Positions 10,652 to 18,582 of a stretch of 24,415 nt of DNA are shown piece by piece; position 1 is the stretch's first letter, and each line of letters starts with the position of its first letter. Made by a program: the position numbers and the translations under genes. Below the pieces are notes generated by a model that did no database searches, was not told the origin of the DNA, and was given only the letters and a program-made list of their open reading frames with translations. The DNA lies in assembly GCA_037189525.1 (NCBI GenBank), contig JBBCJC010000010.1:1-24415 (forward strand), in the 5' to 3' direction. This DNA comes from Gemmatimonadales bacterium. Its GTDB lineage: Bacteria; Gemmatimonadota; Gemmatimonadetes; Gemmatimonadales; GWC2-71-9.

Positions 10652-12769
10652 TCAGCGGTTCGGCCGATTCCGGACCGGTCCGTCACGCCGCGGCACGATC
10701 CGGCTCACGCCGGTTCGGCTCTTGCTGCGCAAAACCACCGGTTCGATCGCGGTATGCAGCATAAAGGCCGGGGCGCTCAACGCCCGGAGCGCGGCGGCGA
10801 GCGAAAAGGCGTCGGCGGCGGCATCGGAGATCAAATAGCCCTGATCCCGGAGGGAGGCCGTCGTGATCGCCGACAGCGGATTGGCGCCGCTGTTGAGAAA
10901 TCCCGTCATCAATTCGTTGGCCAGGATCCCTTCGCGCCAGTGCCCGCCGCGGGTCCCGACCCCGCCGGTATTCTCGATCGGTACGGCGCGACCTGCGTAG
11001 CTGGTGTGTGCCGCGGCAAACGCCATCTGCGCCGACGGGCCGGTGAAATACGGGTCGCCGGTGGCCAGGTCGGCCGCCAGCCCCTGATAGCTCCACAGAC
11101 TCCCGATGCCGATCACATGCCCCATCTCGTGCAGCACGACGTTGTCGAAATTGCCCGCGGCCTCCAGCGTCGTCACATCGTCGGCGTCGAACTCCATGTA
11201 GCCGACGATCGAATGGAGACTCGGCTCGCGCACGTAGCAGGGACGGGCCTGGCCGAGAATGCCGCCGGGGCCGTCGATCCGCTGGATCCGCGCGAAGATC
11301 AGCAGGTCGTCGATGGTTTCATCGAGGGGTTGCCCGCCGCAGCTGCTCATGTCGTCGTCGGGCGTGAACAGCAGGTCCTCGACGTCGCCGAGGAGGATGG
11401 TGCTCCATCGGGCCGCGGCGCGCTCGAAGGCGGCCCGCTGCCCGGGCGTCGGGCTGCTGCCCAGGAAGCGAACCGTGATCGAGTATCCCGAGGTGGGAAC
11501 CGGCGTGGTCGCGGCGGCGAAGACGACCGGCGGCAAGTCGGCCACGGTGGCGGTGACCGTTTGCGGGCCGGTTCCGTAGCGCCAGCTGGCGAGCCGTGCC
11601 TCACCGTTGAAATCGGTCGTGACATTGGCGCCGACCAGGACGCCGCCCCCGGTCGACGCGAAGGTCACCGGGCGGCCGGCCACCGGCTTCCCATCGGCAT
11701 CGGTCAGTCGCACCGCCGGACGGACCGTGCCGTAGTTGCCTTCGAGGCCGGACAAGGCCGTAGGCGCCGATGCGGCCAGCTCGGTCGGAACGGCTGCGAT
11801 GCCGGTCGCGCTGAACTGGAGGAGCGGCAGTCCGTTGACGAGCGCGGTCGCGGTGTTGGCGCCCGGGGTGGTGCCGAGGACCCACTGCGGACCCCGGGCA
11901 ATGCCGTCTGCGCCGGTCAGGGCGGTGGTCGCGCCCAGCAACCGGCCCCCGCCGCCGGTTATGGCAAAGGTCACAACGGCGCCGGCGACGGGCTCGTTTT
12001 GCGGACCAAGCGCGTGCACGGCTGGGGCGAGGTCGAGCAGCGTCCCGGCATTGGCCTCCTGGTTGTTGCCCTCGGCGACCTGAATCACCGCCGGGTGGGC
12101 AAAGGCCGAGAATCCTGCCATAATCGTGGGACCGGCGGTGGCCACCAGGGTGTAGGCGCCCGGGGCGGCGCCGACGGTCCATGAGGTGATCCCGGCGCGG
12201 CCGTCGGCTCCGGTCGTGGCCGTGGTGCCGACGATGGTCGACCTCCCGGTCGGATCGGCAAAGGTGATGGCCTGCCCGGCAATCGCGTTGCCGAAGGCGT
12301 CGGTGGCCCGGATGGCCGGCGGGCTCGTGACCGTGCCGCCGATGATCACGAACTGGTTGGCGGTGGTGGTCGGGCTCAGAGTGGTGAGCGGGCCGATCGC
12401 GACCTGCGCGCTGACCGTGGCGGGCGAGACGTTCGCGGCGGTGGCGGTGAGGGTCTGTCCTCCGACCGTGCCTCCGAGGGTCCAGTTGGTCGTCACCGTG
12501 CCGGACGAGTCGGACGTCGCCTCCGAGGGCGACGCAAACCCGCGGTCGTCGCTCACGCCGAAGGTCACCCGGACTCCCCGAAGCGGCCCCTGGGCATCGG
12601 AGACCACGAACCGGATCCCGGGCAGGGAGGTGCCCACCGTCCCGGTCAGCACCGCGCCGGAGACCGGGGTGATCCGCGAGGGCGTTCGCGGCCCGGGGGA
12701 GGGTTCTCCTCCGCAGGCGGCGCCGGTCGCTGCCAGCGCTACGATGGCGAGACGGGTCGAGATGCGCAT
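10652..12769 (-). CDS. Lipoprotein with four Ig-like (Big_1-type) repeats and a C-terminal leishmanolysin-like (M8) zinc metallopeptidase (705 aa)
   Basis: MRISTRLAIVALAATGAA-C lipobox-like signal. Four ~90-aa repeats (D..G.PV.G..VTF...T.ADG.A...W.LG). Peptidase motifs IDGPGGILGQA, HEMGHVIG, GGHWRE and NELMTG (Met-turn). Start reassigned to the ATG at 12769. Confidence 0.85.
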   Translation of the reverse strand: MRISTRLAIVALAATGAACGGEPSPGPRTPSRITPVSGAVLTGTVGTSLPGIRFVVSDAQGPLRGVRVTFGVSDDRGFASPSEATSDSSGTVTTNWTLGGTVGGQTLTATAANVSPATVSAQVAIGPLTTLSPTTTANQFVIIGGTVTSPPAIRATDAFGNAIAGQAITFADPTGRSTIVGTTATTGADGRAGITSWTVGAAPGAYTLVATAGPTIMAGFSAFAHPAVIQVAEGNNQEANAGTLLDLAPAVHALGPQNEPVAGAVVTFAITGGGGRLLGATTALTGADGIARGPQWVLGTTPGANTATALVNGLPLLQFSATGIAAVPTELAASAPTALSGLEGNYGTVRPAVRLTDADGKPVAGRPVTFASTGGGVLVGANVTTDFNGEARLASWRYGTGPQTVTATVADLPPVVFAAATTPVPTSGYSITVRFLGSSPTPGQRAAFERAAARWSTILLGDVEDLLFTPDDDMSSCGGQPLDETIDDLLIFARIQRIDGPGGILGQARPCYVREPSLHSIVGYMEFDADDVTTLEAAGNFDNVVLHEMGHVIGIGSLWSYQGLAADLATGDPYFTGPSAQMAFAAAHTSYAGRAVPIENTGGVGTRGGHWREGILANELMTGFLNSGANPLSAITTASLRDQGYLISDAAADAFSLAAALRALSAPAFMLHTAIEPVVLRSKSRTGVSRIVPRRDGPVRNRPNR

Positions 12770-12892
12770 TCCCCGCAGTATCGGTCGGAGGTCGATAGAA
12801 TGTATATCGAAAGGCGCCCCGATCGGGCCGGACGGGGCGGGTCCTTGAGCCAACCGGGTGCGGGGACTTCATTTCGGCTCGGGCCGACCGGC

Positions 12893-12909
12893 TCGGCACG
12901 AGGGATGCA
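12893..12909 (+). promoter_or_regulatory. Putative sigma54 (-24/-12) promoter
   Basis: TCGGCACGAGGGATGCA has GG (12895-6)-N10-GC (12907-8), close to the consensus TGGCACG-N4-TTGCW, about 66 bp upstream of the ATG at 12975. Confidence 0.6.
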
Positions 12910-12974
12910 GGCCAAGTCGAGGCGTCCGGGGCAGATCGATCCGGATATCCACAGGTCTTTTTGAGGTCCGAGTG

Positions 12975-13484
12975 ATGAGTGAAGCGACATCGGTGCCGGC
13001 GCGGTTCGTATTCTGGGCGCTCTATGCGGCCGCTGCGCTCGTGATCGTCGATCAGCTGGCCGAGCTGGCGATCGGACTCTATCCCTTCCGGACGGGTGAA
13101 GTGCATTGGCGCTTCGGGGCGTTCGGCCTGGCTACCGGGCGCGCGACGGTGCTCATCCTGGTCGATGCGCTGCTGCTGGTTGCGGCGCTCGGACTCGGCC
13201 ACGCCGGCTTCGTTCGGGTCTGGTCGGTGATCCATCTGGTGCTCGGGCTGATCTTCTTGGGCGGGGTCGCCATCTTCTCGCTCGACGTGCTGGAGATTCG
13301 CCGTACGGTCCGGCCCGAGGGGATGGAGTCGTTCCTGCTGGCCGCGGCGCGGGCCGCGGTGATGGTGCTCATCTCGGTGGTCTTCTGTTTCTGGGCCGGT
13401 ATTGCGGGATGGCGGTCGTCCCGCCGGTCCAAGCAGGCCGACCGGCGCAGCGGGCCGGTGCTCATTACCGGGACGGAGCGGTAA
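12975..13484 (+). CDS. Hypothetical 4-TM membrane protein (169 aa), paralog 1
   Basis: GAGGT RBS then ATG at 12975. Four hydrophobic segments, DQL...WRFG...GR motif and a basic C-terminal tail. Confidence 0.8.
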   Translation: MSEATSVPARFVFWALYAAAALVIVDQLAELAIGLYPFRTGEVHWRFGAFGLATGRATVLILVDALLLVAALGLGHAGFVRVWSVIHLVLGLIFLGGVAIFSLDVLEIRRTVRPEGMESFLLAAARAAVMVLISVVFCFWAGIAGWRSSRRSKQADRRSGPVLITGTER

Positions 13485-13485
13485 C

Positions 13486-13953
13486 GTGACGGCGCACCAA
13501 GCGGAGTTCCAGGAGATCCTCCAACCCGTCGTGCCGGTGGCCTATTTCGGCGGCGTGTTGATCCTGATCGATCAGCTGACGCAGGTCCTCGTCGGGATTG
13601 CGGGTTTCGATCCGAGCCAGGCCATCTGGCGGTTTCAGACATCGGCGTTGCTGGTCGGTCGGGTGTCCGCCATGAGTCTGGGGCTGTTGCTCATCCTGGG
13701 TGTTGCGCAGCTGGCAGGGCAGGCGCGTCCCGCCCGGTTGGCGCAGGCGGGCTTTGCCGTGGTGGCGGTCCTGCTGGTGTTCGGTCTGGCGTCGCTCTGG
13801 ATCGATGGTCCGGCGGTGAAGCAGATCGCCGGCCCGGGCGAACTCCGGGGCTTCGTGCTGCGGTGGATCCGGATGCTGCTGGTCGCGGTGGCCGCTCTGA
13901 TTCTCGTCCTGGGGGTCTGGTTGCAGGCGCGTCGGCCCCAACGGGCGTCGTAG
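13486..13953 (+). CDS. Hypothetical 4-TM membrane protein (155 aa), paralog 2
   Basis: GTG 1 bp after the upstream TAA, with GGAG upstream. Four hydrophobic segments and the same DQL...WRF...GR motif. Confidence 0.75.
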   Translation: MTAHQAEFQEILQPVVPVAYFGGVLILIDQLTQVLVGIAGFDPSQAIWRFQTSALLVGRVSAMSLGLLLILGVAQLAGQARPARLAQAGFAVVAVLLVFGLASLWIDGPAVKQIAGPGELRGFVLRWIRMLLVAVAALILVLGVWLQARRPQRAS

Positions 13954-14153
13954 GACGGACACGGTCCTGGAGGCGTCTCCCGTCTCCAGGAGTACCGAGG
14001 AGCTGGGGCCGCCGGTGGACGGCGTCTCTCCAAAAGCTGGGGCTGGCTGGCAGGTACCTCACGACGGCGCCGTCCCGTCTTCAGACTACTGAGATAAAAC
14101 CGATAGGACCGAGCCCCCCCGGACTGGGGCGAGGGATTGCGTTGCGATATCAC

Positions 14154-14188
14154 TTCATATTTTCTTGAATAGTAGTAATATCTTGAAT
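14154..14188 (+). promoter_or_regulatory. AT-rich promoter/operator region of the ArsR-like regulator
   Basis: TTCA-N8-TGAA inverted repeat (14154-14169), TCTTGAAT direct repeat (14163 and 14181) and -10-like TAATAT (14176-14181), standing out from a high-GC background. Confidence 0.5.
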
Positions 14189-14251
14189 GGTGACGACGGG
14201 AGTGAGGCCGATGTTGAACGAGGCTGACGTGAACGACGCAGAGGTGTCCCG

Positions 14252-14896
14252 GTGAAGCCCAAGCTGGCCTTACGCAGTGTCGAGCAGGTGCGCGCGCTGG
14301 CCGATCCGCTCCGCCTTCGGATCGTCGAGTTGCTGGTGCCCGAGGAGCATGCGGCCGCCGACCTGGCTCGAATGGTCGGGATTCCGGTGACGCGGGTCTA
14401 TCACCATCTCGACCTGATGCTCGAAGCCGGCCTGATCGAGGTGACCCGCCGGGTTCCGCGGCGCGGCATCGAAGAACGGATCTTCCGGGCCAGCGCCCGG
14501 CGGTATGAACTGGCCGAGGATCTCTTTGCGCCGGACGCCGACGGGGAGTCGTCGAGCGCGACTCTCGAGGAGCTGGCGAGGACGGTGCTCGTCGGTGGTT
14601 TCGAGACGCTGGTCGACGGGCTGCGGTCCGGTCGCGTCGATCCTGGCGCGGCCGGCCGAGGCGTGCTGCTGCAGAACCGCATGCTGCGCATAACGCCGGC
14701 CGGGTTCGAGGCGTTGACGCGGGAGCTGCCTGCCTGGCTCGACGAGTTTGCCCGTCGACATCGGGCGCCGGGGTCGGGTGGTTTCCGGCTGGCGCTGGCG
14801 CTTTTCCCCGGTGAACAGGCGGATACTCCGAAACCCTCCGGTGCGAAGGGCGACAAAAAGCCCCCGCGTCGTCCCCGGCCACGATCACGCGGCTGA
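14252..14896 (+). CDS. ArsR-like winged helix-turn-helix transcriptional regulator (214 aa)
   Basis: VRALADPLRLRIVELL...AADLARMVG.....VYHHLDLMLEAGLIEV......RGIEERIFRA is an HTH_20-type pattern. GAGGT RBS before the GTG. Confidence 0.9.
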   Translation: MKPKLALRSVEQVRALADPLRLRIVELLVPEEHAAADLARMVGIPVTRVYHHLDLMLEAGLIEVTRRVPRRGIEERIFRASARRYELAEDLFAPDADGESSSATLEELARTVLVGGFETLVDGLRSGRVDPGAAGRGVLLQNRMLRITPAGFEALTRELPAWLDEFARRHRAPGSGGFRLALALFPGEQADTPKPSGAKGDKKPPRRPRPRSRG

Positions 14897-15067
14897 AGCG
14901 GGTGCGTTCGGAGCGACTGGAGAGAGGGACACTGTGCCCCTATCTGCCGGCGATTACGCCGCGAGAGCGAATGCTCCGGGGCGAGAGACACTGGTTCTGC
15001 CGCACCGTGCCCGGTGCCGGCCACGCCGCTGATGCGGTATCACACTGAACGACAAAGCGAGAATCGC

Positions 15068-16159
15068 ATGGCGACGTCACGGCGGGGATTCATGCAGCAG
15101 GCAGGGGCAGCGGCGGTGGCGGCGGGACTGGTACCGCGAGTGGCGGGAGCGTCCGGTCGCCCGGCGTCGAACCAGGACACCGGCGGGATCATGATCGATG
15201 CGCTGAGCGCCACCCGGGTGGATGAGGTGGGGTTTGCCGAAGCAAAACGCTCTGGCCTCACCATGATCGAAACGACGCTGGGGCCGGCTGGCAATCCCAC
15301 CTTCGGCTACGAAGCGGCGGTGCGGGACCTGGCGCGCTGGCACGGATACTTTGCACGCTACCGTGACCAACTGATCCATGTGCGGCGCACCGATGACATC
15401 CTGGCCGCCAAGCGGGAAGGCAAGTTGGCTGTCATGCTCGGTTTCCAGAACGGGACGCATTTGAATCGCGACATCCGCAACGTCGACTTCTTCTACGACC
15501 TGGGCATCCGCCAGCTGCAGCTCACCTACAACGAGCTGAACGCACTCGGCGCCGGGAGCACCGAACGGAGTGACGTCGGGCTGAGCGATTTCGGGGTCGA
15601 GGTGGTCCATCGCATGAACGATCTCGGTATGCTGGTCGACCTCTCCCACTGCGGCGTGAAAACCACTTTCGACGCAATCGAGGTGTCCAAGAAGACGCCG
15701 ATCTTCTCGCATTCGAACTGCCGCGCGCTCAACGACAACATGCGCTGCAAGTCGGATGCGCAGATCAAGGCGCTTGCCGCGAAGGGCGGCGTGATGGGAA
15801 TCACAACGGTCAATTTCTTCGTGAGCAACAAGCCTCGTTCGACGCTGGACGATTTCATCGCCCATATCGAGCACGTGGCCCGGCTGGTCGGGGTCGAACA
15901 TGTCGGTATCGGGACCGATTCGAGTGTCGGCGGCTGGCGCCAGTCGTTTCCGGACGAGAAGACGTTCTGGGATTTTCACAATCAGTTCAAGTTCAAGCCC
16001 GGGGCCGACGTGCGGTGGCCGCCCTTTATCGAGGAGCTCGACGTTCCGGAAAAGTTCCACGTCATCCGGCGTCGCCTGCAGGGGAAGTTCTCGCCAGCGG
16101 ATATCGACAAGATTCTGGGTGGCAACTTCATGCGGATCTATCGGGAGATCATCGGGTGA
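15068..16159 (+). CDS. Tat-exported membrane dipeptidase (peptidase M19 / renal dipeptidase family, 363 aa)
   Basis: Twin-arginine signal MATSRRGFMQQAG. M19 motifs LGIRQLQLTYN, GLSDFG.EVV.RMNDLGMLVDLSH, SHSNCRAL....R.KSD, HVGIGTD and KILGGNFMR. Confidence 0.9.
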   Translation: MATSRRGFMQQAGAAAVAAGLVPRVAGASGRPASNQDTGGIMIDALSATRVDEVGFAEAKRSGLTMIETTLGPAGNPTFGYEAAVRDLARWHGYFARYRDQLIHVRRTDDILAAKREGKLAVMLGFQNGTHLNRDIRNVDFFYDLGIRQLQLTYNELNALGAGSTERSDVGLSDFGVEVVHRMNDLGMLVDLSHCGVKTTFDAIEVSKKTPIFSHSNCRALNDNMRCKSDAQIKALAAKGGVMGITTVNFFVSNKPRSTLDDFIAHIEHVARLVGVEHVGIGTDSSVGGWRQSFPDEKTFWDFHNQFKFKPGADVRWPPFIEELDVPEKFHVIRRRLQGKFSPADIDKILGGNFMRIYREIIG

Positions 16160-17166
16160 TGGCGCCGATACTTCGGTTGGGCCTCGCCGCTGCCACGATG
16201 CTTGGGCTTTCCGGGAAGGTGGTCGCGCAGGTCGAGCCCTTGGAGCGCGAAGTGGCGCGGATCGCGGCGGCGGCGCCGGCCAAGGTCGGGGTCGGTATCG
16301 TGCACGTCGAGTCGGGGCGCTCGGTGTTCGTCAATCGGGGCGAGTGGTTTCCCATGGCGAGTACCTACAAAGTGCCCATGGCGGTCGAGGTCCTGTCCCG
16401 GGTCGATCGTGGCGATCTGCGGCTGGACAGTCTGGTCCCGATCGAGCGGGCCGACGTGGTCCCGTTCGGGAGTCTGCTCACCGACAGATTCGGCGAGGGC
16501 GAGCCCGGCGCCGTGCTATCGGTGCGACGCTACCTCGAGCTGATGCTCCGGTTGAGCGACAATACCGCGACCGACATCCTGCTGCGGTTGACGGGCGGCA
16601 CGGCAGCCACGCAGCAGCGGATCGACGCGCTGGGCATTACCGGCATGCAGGTGAGTCGCACCGTGATGGAGTTGGGCGCGGACTGGATCGGCCTGACCTT
16701 GCCGCCCTGGCGCGAACGCACGGTCGACGGCATTCGTCAGCTGATGGCGGCGTCGACGCCGGAACAGGTCCGGGCCGGCAGCCGCGCCTTTCTTGCCAGC
16801 CGGCGCGACCACACCACCCCCGAAGCGATGGCGAATCTGCTGGCCCGGTTGGTGCGCGGCGGGGTGCTGACGCCGGCCTCGACCGAACTGTTGTGGAGTA
16901 TCATGGCTCGGGAGGAAACCGGCGCGGCCCGGATTCGCGGGCGGCTGCCCGCCGGCGTGCGAACGGCCAACAAGACCGGGACGCTGGACGTCACCATTCA
17001 GAACGACGTCGGCGTCATCTTCCTGCCGGACGGGACGCACCTGGCCCTTGCGGTCTACACCACCGAAGCGACTCGGCCCCTGGCCGAATTGAGTCGGGTG
17101 ATTGCGGACATTGCTCGCGCCGCGTATGACTACTTTGCGCTCCACGGGTCCGGCCCCGGGCGCTAG
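16159..17166 (+). CDS. Class A beta-lactamase-like serine hydrolase with an atypical omega loop (335 aa)
   Basis: Signal peptide, FPMASTYK (SxxK), SDNTATD (SDN), NKTGT (KTG), RDHTTP and NDVGVI. The ATG overlaps the upstream TGA (TGATG). Confidence 0.88.
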   Translation: MAPILRLGLAAATMLGLSGKVVAQVEPLEREVARIAAAAPAKVGVGIVHVESGRSVFVNRGEWFPMASTYKVPMAVEVLSRVDRGDLRLDSLVPIERADVVPFGSLLTDRFGEGEPGAVLSVRRYLELMLRLSDNTATDILLRLTGGTAATQQRIDALGITGMQVSRTVMELGADWIGLTLPPWRERTVDGIRQLMAASTPEQVRAGSRAFLASRRDHTTPEAMANLLARLVRGGVLTPASTELLWSIMAREETGAARIRGRLPAGVRTANKTGTLDVTIQNDVGVIFLPDGTHLALAVYTTEATRPLAELSRVIADIARAAYDYFALHGSGPGR

Positions 17167-17229
17167 CACCGATAGCCCTCGGCCGGGCGCCACGCTATCA
17201 TCAGCGGGTCCTCCCCAATCGAGGTTTCC

Positions 17230-18579
17230 ATGAGCGAGTCGGAAGCGCTGGATCTGGCGTACCGCGCCAGCCACGCAACCTCCGCGGCCCTCCATGCCCG
17301 CGGGCTGGAGTATTTCCCGGCCCGGGGCGCCACCCATTTTACCCGGGCGCGCGCTCCCTTCGGCCCGTACATGGTCCGAGCCCAAGGGGCTCGCAAATGG
17401 GACGTCGACGGACACGAGTATGTCGACTACGTCATGGGCCATGGCGCGCTGATGCTGGGTCATGGCCATCCGGCCGTGGTGGAGGCGATTCGGGAACAGG
17501 CGCTCCGCGGGATCCATTTCGGTGACAACCACGCGCTCGAAATCGAATGGGCCGATCTGATTCGCGAACTGGTGCCGAGTGCCGAACGGATCGAGTACTT
17601 CGCCTCGGGGCAGGAGGCGAATCTGCTGGCATTCCGCCTGGCGCGCGCGGCAACGGGCCGCCGGCGGATTCTCCGCTTCACGCGCCATTTTCACGGCTGG
17701 GCCGACGAGATGATTACGCCCGGCGCCCCGGGAGCCGTCAACGATCTGATCACGGTCGTGCCCCCGGGCGATCTCGAGCGGGTCGAGCGCGAGTTGTCGT
17801 CCGGCGAATACGCGGGGGTCATGATCGAGGGGGGCGGGGCCCATCTTTCCGGCCGGATCCCCGTGGCGCCTGAGTTCTACCGCGCGTTGCCCGAGCTGAC
17901 GCGAGCCCATGGGGCCGTTTTCATCCTCGACGAAGTGGTCACCGGATTTCGTGAGGCGCCCGGAGGATGGCAGGCCGTGGTCGGGATTCGTCCGGATCTC
18001 ACCACGCTGGGTAAGGCGGTCGGGGCCGGGATGCCGTGCGGGGTGCTGGTCGGCCGGGCCGATCTGTTCGCGCCGCTCGATCCCGCCATCGGGCCCGATC
18101 GGGTGATTGCGCGGGGCGGGACCTGGAACGCTTTCCCCTTGAGCTGCGCAGCTGGCATTGCCGCCTGCACGCTCTATCGCGACGGGGCGCCACAGCATCT
18201 AGCCGCCGATGCGGCCGCCGCGCTACGCCGCGATGCCAACGCCGTCCTTCGTGATCTGGGGGTGAGCGGGCGGATCTATGGCCGGAGTATCTGCCACATC
18301 TATCTCGGTCCGGTCGACGCCGACGTTGCCTCCGACGATTCGGCGGCGCCGGCGCGGGATTGGACTCGGTTGGTCGATCCCAGCAGGACCCCGATCTATC
18401 GCCGCCTCGACCTCGAGTTGCTGATGCGCGGGGTGGCCAGCCTGCGCGGCGAGGCGCTGATGTTCTCCGCTGCGCACCAGGCGGAAGACGTCGCGCATAC
18501 GGTTGCGGCGTTTCGCGGGGCCTTGGTCGCCATGCTCGAGGATGGGGTGCTCACACCCGCCGACCTGGTCTCGGCCTGA
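17230..18579 (+). CDS. Class III PLP-dependent aminotransferase (GSA-aminomutase-like, 449 aa)
   Basis: RAQGARKWDVDGHEYVDYVMGHGALMLGH, FHGWAD, FILDEVVTGFR and PDLTTLGKAVGAGMP (PLP lysine), GGTWNA. GAGGT RBS. Confidence 0.92.
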   Translation: MSESEALDLAYRASHATSAALHARGLEYFPARGATHFTRARAPFGPYMVRAQGARKWDVDGHEYVDYVMGHGALMLGHGHPAVVEAIREQALRGIHFGDNHALEIEWADLIRELVPSAERIEYFASGQEANLLAFRLARAATGRRRILRFTRHFHGWADEMITPGAPGAVNDLITVVPPGDLERVERELSSGEYAGVMIEGGGAHLSGRIPVAPEFYRALPELTRAHGAVFILDEVVTGFREAPGGWQAVVGIRPDLTTLGKAVGAGMPCGVLVGRADLFAPLDPAIGPDRVIARGGTWNAFPLSCAAGIAACTLYRDGAPQHLAADAAAALRRDANAVLRDLGVSGRIYGRSICHIYLGPVDADVASDDSAAPARDWTRLVDPSRTPIYRRLDLELLMRGVASLRGEALMFSAAHQAEDVAHTVAAFRGALVAMLEDGVLTPADLVSA

Positions 18580-18582
18580 CCC

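Noticed and set aside
13954..14140. Possible IS end or repeat array in the spacer (TCCTGGAGGCG/CGTCTCCAGGA hairpin, AGCTGGGGC twice)
   Set aside because: The repeats are short and irregular, with no transposase or target duplication. The hairpin is adequately explained as a 3' stem of the upstream genes.
16159..17166. Calling this a bona fide antibiotic resistance gene (bla)
   Set aside because: The Glu166/Asn170 equivalents appear to be missing, so activity cannot be assumed.
17230..18579. Assigning the symbol hemL
   Set aside because: It lacks the HemL gating-loop sequence and has no tetrapyrrole gene context.
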